Part shown: positions 8,492-18,674 of the stretch, in pieces
How positions within the stretch are numbered: position 1 is the stretch's first letter
Layout: each line of letters starts with the position of its first letter
NCBI GenBank assembly: GCA_022703765.1
Contig: JAKJHQ010000001.1
Location: forward strand, 145,854 to 209,853
Reading direction: 5' to 3'
Length of the DNA: 64,000 bases
Source of the DNA: Candidatus Wallbacteria bacterium
GTDB lineage: Bacteria > Muiribacteriota > UBA9980
The notes under the pieces: generated by a model
What the model was told of the DNA's origin: nothing
The model's input: only the letters and a program-made list of their open reading frames with translations
Databases searched by the model: none
Translations under genes and position numbers: made by a program

Positions 8492-9334
8492 ATGAAAAAA
8501 TATTACGTGTGCTGCGATATGGAAGGAATAACCGGAATATCCAATTTCAAAGAAATGGAAACCCAGAACGCTTACGTTTCAAAAATGATGACCGCCGAAA
8601 TCAGCGCACTGTGCGAATCCATAAACAGGAATTCCACGGGCGAGCGGAGCGACTCTATAGACATACTGGTAGCCGATTCCCACGCGACAGGAACCAATAT
8701 AAACCATTCCGATTTAAGCGAAAACGCGCGTCTGATAAGAGGATTTCCGCGCGCGCAATACATGGCGCCCGGAATCGATTCGTCTTTCGACGCCATGTTC
8801 ATCGCCGGCCATCACGCCAGGGCGGGCACATTAAAAGCCGGCATGGACCATACTTTTTCCGGATCCGCCATATACTCCGTGGAAGTCAACGGAAGCGAAA
8901 TCGGCGAATTCGAACTGAACGCCGGGCTCGCTGGCCATTATAAAGTGCCGGTAGCCTACGTTTCGGGCGACGATAAATTCATCGAGCAGATAAGCGTCTA
9001 TAAAGAAAAACTCGGATTCGAAACTCTTACCACCAAAGAAGCCGTCGCCAGATACTCGGCCGTACTCGAACACCCTAAAAGAGTGTATTCTAAAATAGAT
9101 AAAGCCGTCGAAAAAACTCTGCGCGAAAAAAAATGGGCGGGAAAATACCTTACGTTCGAATACCCGCTTAAAGTTAAGATAACGCTTTTAAATACCGTAA
9201 AAGCCGATATGGCCGCGCTTATTCCGGTCATAAAAAGGCTCGACGGGCGCACTATTTATTTCGAGGCGCCGGATTTCGTTTATTTTTACGACATGTTCTG
9301 CGCCATAACGCTTATCTGCTGGAACGACAGGTAA
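8492..9334 (+). CDS. M55 family D-aminopeptidase (DppA-like)
   Basis: The N-terminus MKKYYVCCDMEGITGI resembles the DppA start MK.Y.S.D.EG..G. The start was moved from 8426 to ATG 8492, with GGAGG upstream. Confidence 0.7.
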   Translation: MKKYYVCCDMEGITGISNFKEMETQNAYVSKMMTAEISALCESINRNSTGERSDSIDILVADSHATGTNINHSDLSENARLIRGFPRAQYMAPGIDSSFDAMFIAGHHARAGTLKAGMDHTFSGSAIYSVEVNGSEIGEFELNAGLAGHYKVPVAYVSGDDKFIEQISVYKEKLGFETLTTKEAVARYSAVLEHPKRVYSKIDKAVEKTLREKKWAGKYLTFEYPLKVKITLLNTVKADMAALIPVIKRLDGRTIYFEAPDFVYFYDMFCAITLICWNDR

Positions 9335-9358
9335 TATAACATTCAGAAAGGGCTGTCC

Positions 9359-10693
9359 ATGAAAAATATCGATATGGAAAAATTAAAGAAAAAACTGGAT
9401 AATGAAATAAATTCAGAATATTGCATATATGGCCGGAGCCACGCAGTACAGAAGATATGCGATATAATAAAAAAAGTCGCGAAATCCGAATCCACCGTCA
9501 TGGTCCTCGGCGAATCCGGAACCGGAAAAGAACTCGTCGCCAGCGCCATACACCTTAATTCAAAGCGGGCCGCAGGCTCCTTCGTAAAGATAAACTGCGC
9601 GGCCTTGAACGACAACCTTCTCGAATCGGAGCTGTTCGGCTACGCCCGCGGCGCGTTCACCGGCGCTTATTCCGACAAGGCCGGAAAATTCGAGGCCGCA
9701 AGCGGCGGAACGATCTTTCTCGACGAGGTGGGAGACGTATCGCAGGCCATGCAGGCTAAATTATTGAGGGTGCTTCAGGAACGCGAATTCGAGCGGGTGG
9801 GCGAAACCAGGACCAGAAAAAGCGACGTGCGCGTAATATGCGCCACTAACCGCGACCTCGCCGAAATGGTCGAAGCCGGCAAATTCAGGCTCGACCTTTA
9901 CTACAGGCTCAACGTCGTTTCTATCTATCTGCCGTCGCTCAAAGAAAGGCGCGAAGACATAGCCGGCCTCGTAAATTTTTTCATCAAAAAATATAACGAA
10001 CGCGAAAACCGCGATATAAAAGGCGTAAGCGACGAAGTGATGCTCAAACTTAAAAATCACGACTGGCCCGGCAACGTGCGCGAGCTCGAAAACGTCATAG
10101 AAGCCGCGGCGGTAATGGCTTCGGGCGATATTATAGAAAACGTCTGGCTCAACAATAAAAGCAAAAGGCCCGTTGTTATCAGCAGGCCCGTTCACGACGC
10201 GGTGTCGCTTAACCACGACTATATGAACACCAACGCCAGCCCCGGCGCTCAAAGTTTGATAAATTCAGCTTCGGGCCGCATAACGCGCGGTTCCAGTTCC
10301 GGCGGCGAAGAAGAAGGCGGCTCCGAAATGGATTATGTATCCAAAGTCGGAGGCCACTTTCCGATCAGCGGCGCGCCCGTCGCCAGAGACGGTTTCGATT
10401 CGAGGGCTTATCACGAAAAAAGAGAAGGGTTCGGCGCCCCGGTGAAAAAAAGCGGCGCAAAACAGCCGGATTCTTCGAATAATTCAGCGTCACTTAAACC
10501 CGGCGCGGACGGCGGATTGGTCATAAAAATTCCGTGCACGCTCGAAGACGCCGAAACTATGATAATAATAAAAACCATGGAAATGGTTTCAGGCAATAAA
10601 ACAAGGGCCGCAAAACTTCTCGGGATATCGCTTCGCAGCCTCCAGCTTAAATTAAAAAAAATAACGGTGACGGATGAACCAGAAAATATCTGA
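9359..10693 (+). CDS. Sigma54-dependent transcriptional activator (AAA+ domain and Fis-type HTH; no N-terminal receiver or sensor domain)
   Basis: Walker A GESGTGKE and the GAFTGA motif are present. The C-terminal HTH is AAKLLGISLRSLQLKLKK. A ~150-aa low-complexity Gly/Ser-rich linker sits between the AAA+ domain and the HTH. Confidence 0.85.
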   Translation: MKNIDMEKLKKKLDNEINSEYCIYGRSHAVQKICDIIKKVAKSESTVMVLGESGTGKELVASAIHLNSKRAAGSFVKINCAALNDNLLESELFGYARGAFTGAYSDKAGKFEAASGGTIFLDEVGDVSQAMQAKLLRVLQEREFERVGETRTRKSDVRVICATNRDLAEMVEAGKFRLDLYYRLNVVSIYLPSLKERREDIAGLVNFFIKKYNERENRDIKGVSDEVMLKLKNHDWPGNVRELENVIEAAAVMASGDIIENVWLNNKSKRPVVISRPVHDAVSLNHDYMNTNASPGAQSLINSASGRITRGSSSGGEEEGGSEMDYVSKVGGHFPISGAPVARDGFDSRAYHEKREGFGAPVKKSGAKQPDSSNNSASLKPGADGGLVIKIPCTLEDAETMIIIKTMEMVSGNKTRAAKLLGISLRSLQLKLKKITVTDEPENI

Positions 10694-12545
10694 GGTCCTC
10701 GCCACGCTTACAGACCGGCCGGGCGTTTATATGATGAAATCCGCCGACGGCGCCGTCATTTACGTGGGAAAGGCCAAAAACCTTAAAAATCGCGTAAAAT
10801 CGTATTTTTTAAACGCGGGCGGACACGACGTTAAAACCGAAGCGCTGGTTTCGAATATCGACGAAATCGAATATATTATAACGGCCAGCGAACATGAAGC
10901 TTTCATTTTAGAAAACTCGCTCATAAAAAAACACCGTCCAAGATACAATATCATGTTCAAGGACGATAAAACCTATCCGTTCATCAAACTGACCGTAAAC
11001 GAAGAATGGCCGCGCGCCGTTCTTTCGCGCAGGGTCGAATCAGACGGCGCACAGTACTTCGGGCCGTTCAGCGACCAGTGGTCGGTAAGGGTCATAATAA
11101 AAATGGCGCAGGACATATATAATATAAGATCGTGCAACCTCAACCTCACTGTACCCAGGAAAAAACCCTGCCTCCAGTATCATATAGGCAGGTGCGTCGC
11201 GCCGTGCGTGAGATATATAAGCGAAATAGAATATTCAAATATCGTAGACCGCGTCAGGGAATTCATAAAAGGCGACTACGACAGGGTTATAGAAAATCTC
11301 AACGCCGCCATGAAAAAAGCCGCGGCCGAATTCAAATTCGAAAAGGCCGCCGTCATAAGAGACCAGATACGGGCCATCGAAAATATATCTAAAAAGCAGA
11401 ATATAGTCTGCGCCGACCTGCTCGACCGCGATATAATAGTCGAAGCGAAAGGCACGCTCATAGACGTTATAGAAGTTTTCTGCGTCAGGCGCGGCGTGCT
11501 TCTCGGCCACAGCCCGTTTGTGATAGAAGGCGACAAAGTCGCCGGAATCGCCCTGCTCGACGATTTCGCGCAGAGGTATTATTCGCAGGACGCGCCCGCA
11601 CCGGACGAAGTGATAACGTCGAGCGCGCTCTCGCCGCAAACCACGGCCCTCATAGCAGAAAATTTCAAAAACTCCGGCCGCAAAACACCGCGATTCATAA
11701 CGGCATACGATTCCGCGCAGACCGAGCTTATCGCCATGGCGCACAAAAACGCTTTAAACACGCTCAAAATCAGGGAGGCCGAAATAGCCGACAAAAGCGT
11801 AAAATCAAGGACCGCGCTCGCCGAAATCCAGAAAGCCCTCAAACTCGGCGGCCCGCCCGCCAGGATAGAATGCTACGATATATCCAATATCTCGGGCACC
11901 CTCGCGGTCGGCTCCATGGTAGTCGCCATAAACGGAAGTATGCAGAAATCAGAATACAGAAAATTCAAGATAAAAACCGTAGATAAAATCGACGATTACA
12001 TGATGATGAAAGAAGTCCTCCGGCGCCGGTTCACGCGCGCCATGAACGAAGGGCAGACGCTCCCCGATCTGGTTATGATCGACGGCGGCCTGGGGCACCT
12101 TTCGGCCGCGTGCGAGGCCATGAGCTCGATCGGGCTCAACGGCAAAGTGGCGCTTTGCTCCATAGCCAAGCAAAACGAAGATATTTACGAGCCGGCGAAC
12201 CCCCTGCCGGTGTTTCTCAATAAAAAATCGCAGGGCCAGTACCTTCTTATGCGCATAAGAGACGAAGCGCACCGTTTCGCCATAAGCTACCATAAAAAAC
12301 TGCGCAAGGGCAAAATGACGCTGTCGCTTCTTTCTTCGATAAAAGGCCTTGGAAAAACGAGAATTTCCTCTCTTTACGATCATTTCGAGACCATCGAACG
12401 AATAAGGGCCGCCAGCGTCGACGAACTGACTCTGGTAAGCAATATAAACAGGCCCATAGCGCAAAAAATATACGACTACTTCCACGAAAGCGAAAAAAAC
12501 GCCGGCGAAGGGGCACCGCCAGGCGCTCAGTCGGATAGCCCTTAA
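10674..12545 (+). CDS. uvrC: Excinuclease ABC subunit C (UvrC)
   Basis: N-terminal GIY-YIG (GVYMMKSADGAVIYVGKAKNLKNRVKSYF), a 623-aa product, and a C-terminal HhH. The start overlaps the upstream gene by 20 bp. Confidence 0.9.
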   Translation: MNQKISEVLATLTDRPGVYMMKSADGAVIYVGKAKNLKNRVKSYFLNAGGHDVKTEALVSNIDEIEYIITASEHEAFILENSLIKKHRPRYNIMFKDDKTYPFIKLTVNEEWPRAVLSRRVESDGAQYFGPFSDQWSVRVIIKMAQDIYNIRSCNLNLTVPRKKPCLQYHIGRCVAPCVRYISEIEYSNIVDRVREFIKGDYDRVIENLNAAMKKAAAEFKFEKAAVIRDQIRAIENISKKQNIVCADLLDRDIIVEAKGTLIDVIEVFCVRRGVLLGHSPFVIEGDKVAGIALLDDFAQRYYSQDAPAPDEVITSSALSPQTTALIAENFKNSGRKTPRFITAYDSAQTELIAMAHKNALNTLKIREAEIADKSVKSRTALAEIQKALKLGGPPARIECYDISNISGTLAVGSMVVAINGSMQKSEYRKFKIKTVDKIDDYMMMKEVLRRRFTRAMNEGQTLPDLVMIDGGLGHLSAACEAMSSIGLNGKVALCSIAKQNEDIYEPANPLPVFLNKKSQGQYLLMRIRDEAHRFAISYHKKLRKGKMTLSLLSSIKGLGKTRISSLYDHFETIERIRAASVDELTLVSNINRPIAQKIYDYFHESEKNAGEGAPPGAQSDSP

Positions 12546-12587
12546 AACGGCCGCAGCAAAATAATTAAAAATAAAAGGAGATATAAA

Positions 12588-13754
12588 ATGAATAAAAATT
12601 ATTTGACCACGAAACTTCAGCCTTTCGGCACGTCGGTATTCGCCGAAATGACCAAAATGGCGGTAGATAACAACGCTATAAATCTGTCGCAGGGATTTCC
12701 CGATTTCGACGGCCCCGAATTCATTAAAGAAGCCGCCTGCGAAGCTATAAAAGCCGGGCACAACCAGTACGCCAACACTTTCGGCGTACCGGCCTTGAGA
12801 AAGGCCATATCGGAAAAATATAAAAAATTCTACGGCCTCTCATATAACCCGGACACTGAAATTTCCATACTGGCGGGCGCAACCGAAGCCATATTCACGA
12901 CCATAATATCCATCATCAACGCCGGCGACGAAGTTATAATACTGGAGCCTTATTACGACAGCTATCCCGTAGCCGTAACTATGGCGGGCGGAATATGCAG
13001 ATACCTCACGCTCGAATTTCCCGATTTTAAAGTGGATTTCGAAAAACTCGAAGCGCTCGTCACTAAAAAAACCCGCATGATAATAATAAATACGCCGCAT
13101 AACCCGAGCGGCAAGGTTTTCACACGCTCCGAACTCGAAGCGCTCGCTAAGATAGCCATAAAGCACGACTTGATAGTCATGTCCGACGAAGTTTACGAGC
13201 ACATCACTTTCGACGGAGTAAAACACATACCTACCGCTACTATAGATGGAATGTTCGACCGCACCATCACCATATCTTCTACCGGAAAAACCTTCAGCAT
13301 GACCGGATGGAAAATAGGAACCGTATGCGCGCCCGCTTCTATGTGCGCGGCCGTAAGGACCGCCCATCAATATGTGATATTCGCCGTGGCGACCCCTTTT
13401 CAGCACGCAATGATAAAAGGGTTCGAGGCGCCCGATTCTTTTTACAGGGAATTGATAGAATTTTATACCGCAAAGCGCGATATGATGGCTAAATCGCTCA
13501 CGCAACAGGGCTTCGATATAGTCATGCCGAAGGGCTCTTATTTTATAATGGCCGATTTCACTAAATTCGGGTTCACGAACGACGTGGAGTTCTGCAAATA
13601 TCTCACTTCGCAAATAAAAGTGGCCGCTATCCCGCCTACATCGTTTTACTTCAATAAAAAATACGGTGAAAAACTCGTCCGCTTCGCGTTCTGTAAAAAA
13701 GAAGAAACGCTCGCGGCCGCGGCTGACCGCTTGAAAAATTTAAAGGCAAAATAA
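12588..13754 (+). CDS. PLP-dependent aminotransferase, class I (YbdL/kynurenine-aminotransferase-like)
   Basis: Fold-type I aminotransferase pattern with SxxGKTFSMTGWKIG around the lysine. RBS AAAAGGAG. Confidence 0.85.
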   Translation: MNKNYLTTKLQPFGTSVFAEMTKMAVDNNAINLSQGFPDFDGPEFIKEAACEAIKAGHNQYANTFGVPALRKAISEKYKKFYGLSYNPDTEISILAGATEAIFTTIISIINAGDEVIILEPYYDSYPVAVTMAGGICRYLTLEFPDFKVDFEKLEALVTKKTRMIIINTPHNPSGKVFTRSELEALAKIAIKHDLIVMSDEVYEHITFDGVKHIPTATIDGMFDRTITISSTGKTFSMTGWKIGTVCAPASMCAAVRTAHQYVIFAVATPFQHAMIKGFEAPDSFYRELIEFYTAKRDMMAKSLTQQGFDIVMPKGSYFIMADFTKFGFTNDVEFCKYLTSQIKVAAIPPTSFYFNKKYGEKLVRFAFCKKEETLAAAADRLKNLKAK

Positions 13755-13792
13755 AAATCCGCAGAACTCGCTACAACTTAATACCGCGCAGG

Positions 13793-13990
13793 CTATTCGT
13801 ATTTAATCGCGTTGACAGGGCATCCCATGGCTGCCCTCTGGATGCAGGCCTCGTTTTTTTCAAAATCCGCGCCGGGAAGGACGCTGGATTTTCCGCCCCT
13901 TATCTTGAAAACTTCAGGGCAGGTCAATTCGCATGCCATGCAGGCGATGCAATCGTCGGTAATATAAACCTTTTTTATCATAACGCGCAC
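13793..13990 (-). CDS. Small 4Fe-4S ferredoxin
   Basis: CIACMACELTCP and a second Cys cluster. It sits 8 bp downstream of the radical-SAM gene on the same strand. Confidence 0.7.
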   Translation of the reverse strand: MRVMIKKVYITDDCIACMACELTCPEVFKIRGGKSSVLPGADFEKNEACIQRAAMGCPVNAIKYE

Positions 13991-13997
13991 CTCACAT

Positions 13998-16058
13998 TTA
14001 TTGTTTGACTATTATACCATATTCCGCCAATTTTTCAACGAGCCCTAAAATCCTTCCGGCCGCGGCTTCCGCCTCCCGGTCCCCGCCGGATTCTTCAACG
14101 GAAGCAGGCATTTTATTTTTGTCGGCGTAATAAAAATAATCCAGCGCCGAAAAATCGGCGGGAGCGTTAAACCAGTATTTTTGCGTATCGAAAGTGCCGT
14201 CGCCGTTGACTATATGCCGAAGCGCCATATAAGCCCCGCGATGCGGCGCGCCGGACAGATCGAACGGGGCCTTCCCGCCTTTGCCTATTTCTTTCCCCGA
14301 CGAAGTTTCGATAATATCGTTATCGAAGCGGAACAAAGAAAAAGTTTTAGATAATTTCAACCGGATTCCCGAACGGGAAATCGCGGCCTGAACCGCGCCG
14401 TAAAAATCCGCGTCGCGCTTCATCCTGGACGGCTTTAAAAATTCGGGAAGCGAAAACCTTTTAGATTCGCCGTTTATGAAATCATATCTGAGGCAGTCGA
14501 GAAATATCGAGTATTTTTTGTCGCTTTCAGTTTTGATGAATTCCTCCCCGAACTTCTGGATATATAAAAACAAATTCTGGCGCGAAACGGCCGTTTCGGA
14601 AATGGCGTTGCGCTCGAAATATTCGCTCAGCTTGAAAAAAAGATCGGAAGGCTTTTTAAAAAAATCGAAAAGCAGCTTCAGAGTTTGCCGGACATGCCCG
14701 TGATTATAAAAAAGATCGAGATAACGCCCGAGCTTCTGCAGCCGAAACATTTCAAAAATACTTATATCTGAAGTTTTTATCACCGCGTAAGGCGGGTTCG
14801 GGTCGTAAACCAGGCCCGACGCTTCGGCCTTTTCGCGAAGCTTCGTGCCGCGCAGGAGCTTTAACTGCCAGAATTGCACGCTGTCTGGCATCTTTAAAAG
14901 CAGCTTGTCGAAAGAATAAATGCAGTCCTCGTAGCGGTCGCCAGGAAGGCCGTACATGAGATCGGCATGGATATTTACGGCCGTTTCGTTTATTAAAACG
15001 TCGAGCACGTCGCCGGCGCGCCCGCCGGAATCCTTTTCGGGCCGGCCGCTTCCTTCGCCGTGGGCGCGGCCTACGGAGTCGAGCGCTTTTTTGTTGAAGG
15101 ACTGAACGCCTATTTCAAATTGAAAATATTGCCTGTCAAGGCTTTTTAAATACCCGATAATCTCCGGAGTGAATTTATACGGGCTGATTTCGAACTGAAA
15201 CATCGTTTCAGGGCCCGCCTTCGAAACTATATATTTGAATATCGCCAGGGCCCGGGCCGGATCGTCGTTGAACGTGCGGTCTATAACCCTCACCTTGTCT
15301 ATCTTCATAACGCTTATAATCCGGTCTATATCGGCGAAAACCCTTTCCAGCGAAAAATACCTCACCGCCGGGCCGTTCTTCGGCTTTATGGAGCTGAGGC
15401 AGTAATGACAGTGATTGGGACAGCCCCGCGACGTCTCCATATATACGAAGTTCTTCTCCTGCCTGCCGGAAACCCCCGCGGGCCTTTCGAACAGCGTGGG
15501 TATTTCGTCCAGATTATTTACTACGGCAGGTTCTGATGAATATATAAACTTGCCGCCGTTTTCGCGGGCGATGCCTTCTATTTCCATAAGCCTGTTTTCG
15601 TCTAACGCGCCGGCGCGCCCGCACGCGTTAAAAGCGTCCAGAGCCAGTTCGACGAAACGCGCGAAAGATATTTCGCCCTCACCGGCGATCGCGTATTCCG
15701 CGCCGCACATCGCTTCCGCGTCGCCCTTTGAAACGGAGATGACCTCCGGGCCGCCGGCTATAGTGACCGGGTCGTCAAACGCCCGCCTTATAAACGATAT
15801 TATTTTTTTGATATATTCGCGGTTCCATATATATATAGAAAACGCGTATATGTCGGCGGCGTCGGAACAAAGCGTCCTGGTAACATATTCATGCGTATCG
15901 TTGAGGTTGAATTCATAAATCTTCAATTCATAGCGAGCGCGGTCGATATTTTTTGAATCCAGATGCTTATAAAGATAACCGCTCAAATAATAAAGCGCGG
16001 CGGCGTTCTGGCTGTAGCGCGTATTCACTGTGCAAAGCGCTATTTTAAGTTTTTTCAT
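13998..16058 (-). CDS. B12-binding domain radical SAM protein (DUF4080-type)
   Basis: CxxxCxxC radical-SAM motif SRGCPNHCHYC and an N-terminal cobalamin-binding-like region. The start was moved from the TTG at 16103 to ATG 16058. Confidence 0.85.
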   Translation of the reverse strand: MKKLKIALCTVNTRYSQNAAALYYLSGYLYKHLDSKNIDRARYELKIYEFNLNDTHEYVTRTLCSDAADIYAFSIYIWNREYIKKIISFIRRAFDDPVTIAGGPEVISVSKGDAEAMCGAEYAIAGEGEISFARFVELALDAFNACGRAGALDENRLMEIEGIARENGGKFIYSSEPAVVNNLDEIPTLFERPAGVSGRQEKNFVYMETSRGCPNHCHYCLSSIKPKNGPAVRYFSLERVFADIDRIISVMKIDKVRVIDRTFNDDPARALAIFKYIVSKAGPETMFQFEISPYKFTPEIIGYLKSLDRQYFQFEIGVQSFNKKALDSVGRAHGEGSGRPEKDSGGRAGDVLDVLINETAVNIHADLMYGLPGDRYEDCIYSFDKLLLKMPDSVQFWQLKLLRGTKLREKAEASGLVYDPNPPYAVIKTSDISIFEMFRLQKLGRYLDLFYNHGHVRQTLKLLFDFFKKPSDLFFKLSEYFERNAISETAVSRQNLFLYIQKFGEEFIKTESDKKYSIFLDCLRYDFINGESKRFSLPEFLKPSRMKRDADFYGAVQAAISRSGIRLKLSKTFSLFRFDNDIIETSSGKEIGKGGKAPFDLSGAPHRGAYMALRHIVNGDGTFDTQKYWFNAPADFSALDYFYYADKNKMPASVEESGGDREAEAAAGRILGLVEKLAEYGIIVKQ

Positions 16059-16220
16059 AGGTATTATTCTCTCTATCGAGGCCGGAAACCGGCGTAAATT
16101 CAAATTAAATATTATAATACTTTCGAATTATATCATTAAGAAGAGAAAAAAGTCAATTCACAAACCGCATAAAGAAAAATTAACTGAAAATAATATTATT
16201 TTGATAATTAATTAAATTAC

Positions 16221-16249
16221 TTGATTTAATTATCCCCGTATTGTATAAT
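16221..16249 (+). promoter_or_regulatory. Sigma70-like promoter (TTGATT, 17 bp, TATAAT) upstream of the TVP38-family gene
   Basis: Read directly from the sequence. TTGATT is at 16221-16226 and TATAAT at 16244-16249. Confidence 0.4.
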
Positions 16250-16259
16250 ACGCTTTATT

Positions 16260-17054
16260 ATGGACAAAATGAAAAAAGACAAAATCAAAACTATAGCGTT
16301 CGTTCTAATAGCCATAGGATTGCCCCTGCTGGCTTACTTTACCGGCATGGACAAGTATATGACGCGCGATAAAATAAGGCATTTTGTAGAATCGTACGAA
16401 ACTCTCGCCCCCATAGTGTATATCGTGGGAATGACGCTGCTGCCTATAATAGGCGCGCCCCGCCTCATACTCACTGCGGTGGGCGGAGCTCTTTTCGGCC
16501 TTCTATGGGGCACGGTATTCGCCATGATAGGATCCACCACGGCCGGCGTTCTCGGTTATTACCTTGCCTACTATTCCACGGCCGATTATTTCGAAGCCTC
16601 TACGGCTAATAAGCACAATAAACTTATGTCGATGCTCGACTTTACCAAACGCAACAATTTCTGGCTTATATTTTTAGCCAGAATCTGCCCCATAACCCAT
16701 TACGAAGCCATAAACTACATATGCGGCACTTCTAAAATACCGTTCGGATCTTTTTTCTGGTCCACTTTCTTCGGCATTATTCCCGGCACCTTCGTTTACG
16801 TCATGATGGGCGACGCCATAATGGAAATATCCGATAAAAAAGGCATATTAAACCTCATATCAGATATGACCGTGGGCGGCAAGTTTAACGAACTTATCGT
16901 TGATAAAGACGTAAAAATGCTTATATGGGTGATAATACTTCTCGCGATATTTTTAGTCGGAACGCTGACCGGCTTTTATTATATAATCAAGGGCGAAAAA
17001 AAAGAAACGGGCGCAACCCCCGCGCCCATGGCCGAAAATCAAATTACAAATTAA
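16260..17054 (+). CDS. TVP38/TMEM64 (DedA-related) family membrane protein
   Basis: Multiple transmembrane helices and the family-typical G..LFG..G region (GGALFGLLWG). Confidence 0.75.
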   Translation: MDKMKKDKIKTIAFVLIAIGLPLLAYFTGMDKYMTRDKIRHFVESYETLAPIVYIVGMTLLPIIGAPRLILTAVGGALFGLLWGTVFAMIGSTTAGVLGYYLAYYSTADYFEASTANKHNKLMSMLDFTKRNNFWLIFLARICPITHYEAINYICGTSKIPFGSFFWSTFFGIIPGTFVYVMMGDAIMEISDKKGILNLISDMTVGGKFNELIVDKDVKMLIWVIILLAIFLVGTLTGFYYIIKGEKKETGATPAPMAENQITN

Positions 17055-17072
17055 TGCATTTTTTAAAATTTC

Positions 17073-17933
17073 TTATTGAACCAGTTCGACCGAAGCGCTG
17101 TCTCTTATATAATTAAAAGACACGCCTACTTCGTCCGTTCCGATAATATTAGGCGCGAAATAATACCCGTCGTCCGTTATTTTACCTTTTAATGCGGTAA
17201 AACGGAACCCGAGATCGTCTTCGATTCGGTTATTGTAGATATCGAAAGCGGAGGCGGAAAATTTCGTTACGCCGAGAGCTTTTACGCTCGCTTTAGCGGG
17301 CGATATAAAGATTTTATAAGCCTCTCGCGGCTTGATTTCAACCGGAAGAGCTCCAGTGGCCGAAAGAGTTTTAGCGCCAATCGCGTCGGCCGTGGGATGA
17401 AGCGGCGCGCTGTATTCGCCGTCCGCGCTTATCACGCCGTTGCGGCTTTCCCAGCGGACGCTCACGGGAACTTCCTCGCCGAAAGCGTTAAAACCTACGG
17501 CCCTGAATTTTTGCTTCTGGCCGCAGGAAAGATATTTTAATTCGGGATATATTTTAATAGTTTCAGCTTCCGGATAAGTTTTAACATTTACCACGGCCGT
17601 GGCCAGTTTCGAACCCACGAACGCGGAAACCCTGTCCACGGTGGCAAAATTAGGCGCTATATAAACGCCTTCGGAATCGATTCGGCCGTCGTGCGCTTCC
17701 CATATCGGCGAAATTATCATCTTTCCGCCTTTATCGTCAAGGCCGGAAGCGCTGAAATTGAGCTTTCCTCCGGCCGTCACGTCCGGCTTATCGGGAGTAA
17801 TTTTTATATAGGCAAGCGTTTTTTCGTCGTTAAGATAGTTTCCGCTGCAGGCCTCCAGGCCGATAGCCGTAAAAACCATCGCGGCCAGAAGCAAAAATAC
17901 TTTAAAACCTTTTGCCGGAAATTTGTTTTTCAT
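17073..17933 (-). CDS. Lipoprotein of unknown function
   Basis: Signal peptide with lipobox LEAC. Beta-rich, Ig-like repeat composition. Confidence 0.6.
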   Translation of the reverse strand: MKNKFPAKGFKVFLLLAAMVFTAIGLEACSGNYLNDEKTLAYIKITPDKPDVTAGGKLNFSASGLDDKGGKMIISPIWEAHDGRIDSEGVYIAPNFATVDRVSAFVGSKLATAVVNVKTYPEAETIKIYPELKYLSCGQKQKFRAVGFNAFGEEVPVSVRWESRNGVISADGEYSAPLHPTADAIGAKTLSATGALPVEIKPREAYKIFISPAKASVKALGVTKFSASAFDIYNNRIEDDLGFRFTALKGKITDDGYYFAPNIIGTDEVGVSFNYIRDSASVELVQ

Positions 17934-18136
17934 AATTTTAAAATTTTTCTGGCGTTTTAACGGTAATTTGTGATATAAATATAATATTAATGTTCCATCT
18001 GTTTTTTTAGTGTGTCTACATGCTCGCGTCTAAACCGCTGATGCCGCGGTAATAGATTATAAACATGCAATTAGTGCATTTTAAAGAGTTATGGCTGTTT
18101 TTCATGCTGCGATCGGCGCTTTTTACCATGGATTGA

Positions 18137-18499
18137 TTGCACAGTGGACATTGCATTGTAAATTCCTCCGTTTATTTAATTTTTTTCGTTAATAATAAAA
18201 TTATCGGTATTATTTCCCGGCAAATTAAGGGGAGAATTAAAATTAAAAATAACTTTCGCAATACCGGCCTCAAAGAGACCGAGCTGTCGCTCGAAGAGCT
18301 AAAAAACGCGGCCTCCGTTCATAAAAAAGAATTAAAACTTCTCAAATTTATGACCGACGCGCAATACGTAATATTCAGAAAAAACCTTTCAATCGGCATC
18401 AACGAGCCCTCGAGGGAAAAAGCCATTAAAGTCATAGAATCTATGATAGCTCTGAATATGAAAATGCAGTCTGAAATAGTCAATAAAAAACTTAAATAA
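18137..18499 (+). CDS. Hypothetical small protein (start uncertain)
   Basis: ORF only. There is no clear RBS and no recognisable domain. Confidence 0.25.
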   Translation: MHSGHCIVNSSVYLIFFVNNKIIGIISRQIKGRIKIKNNFRNTGLKETELSLEELKNAASVHKKELKLLKFMTDAQYVIFRKNLSIGINEPSREKAIKVIESMIALNMKMQSEIVNKKLK

Positions 18500-18674
18500 A
18501 TTTCATAAAAATCCCGCCCTGTCCATAAGACATTATTTCTTTTTATTTTTTCTTCCATAAATTAATTTTTCACAAAAACTTTCCGATATTATCAACGTGT
18601 TATAATAAGTTTTACTTTTTTAATAACGGCATTCATTTTATTTTATAGACGTAATAAGAAGGAAAGTGATCGAA

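Noticed and set aside
8509-8943. 144-aa Arg-rich ORF
   Set aside because: It overlaps out of frame within the M55 peptidase gene. Its extreme Arg content is typical of an alternative-frame artefact.
11235-12761. Several minus-strand ORFs (169, 87 and 270 aa) opposite uvrC
   Set aside because: They are antisense to a confidently identified uvrC and have no domain signatures.
12840-13613. 257-aa minus-strand ORF opposite the aminotransferase
   Set aside because: It is antisense to a confidently identified gene, with a Tyr/Arg/Gly-rich artefactual composition.
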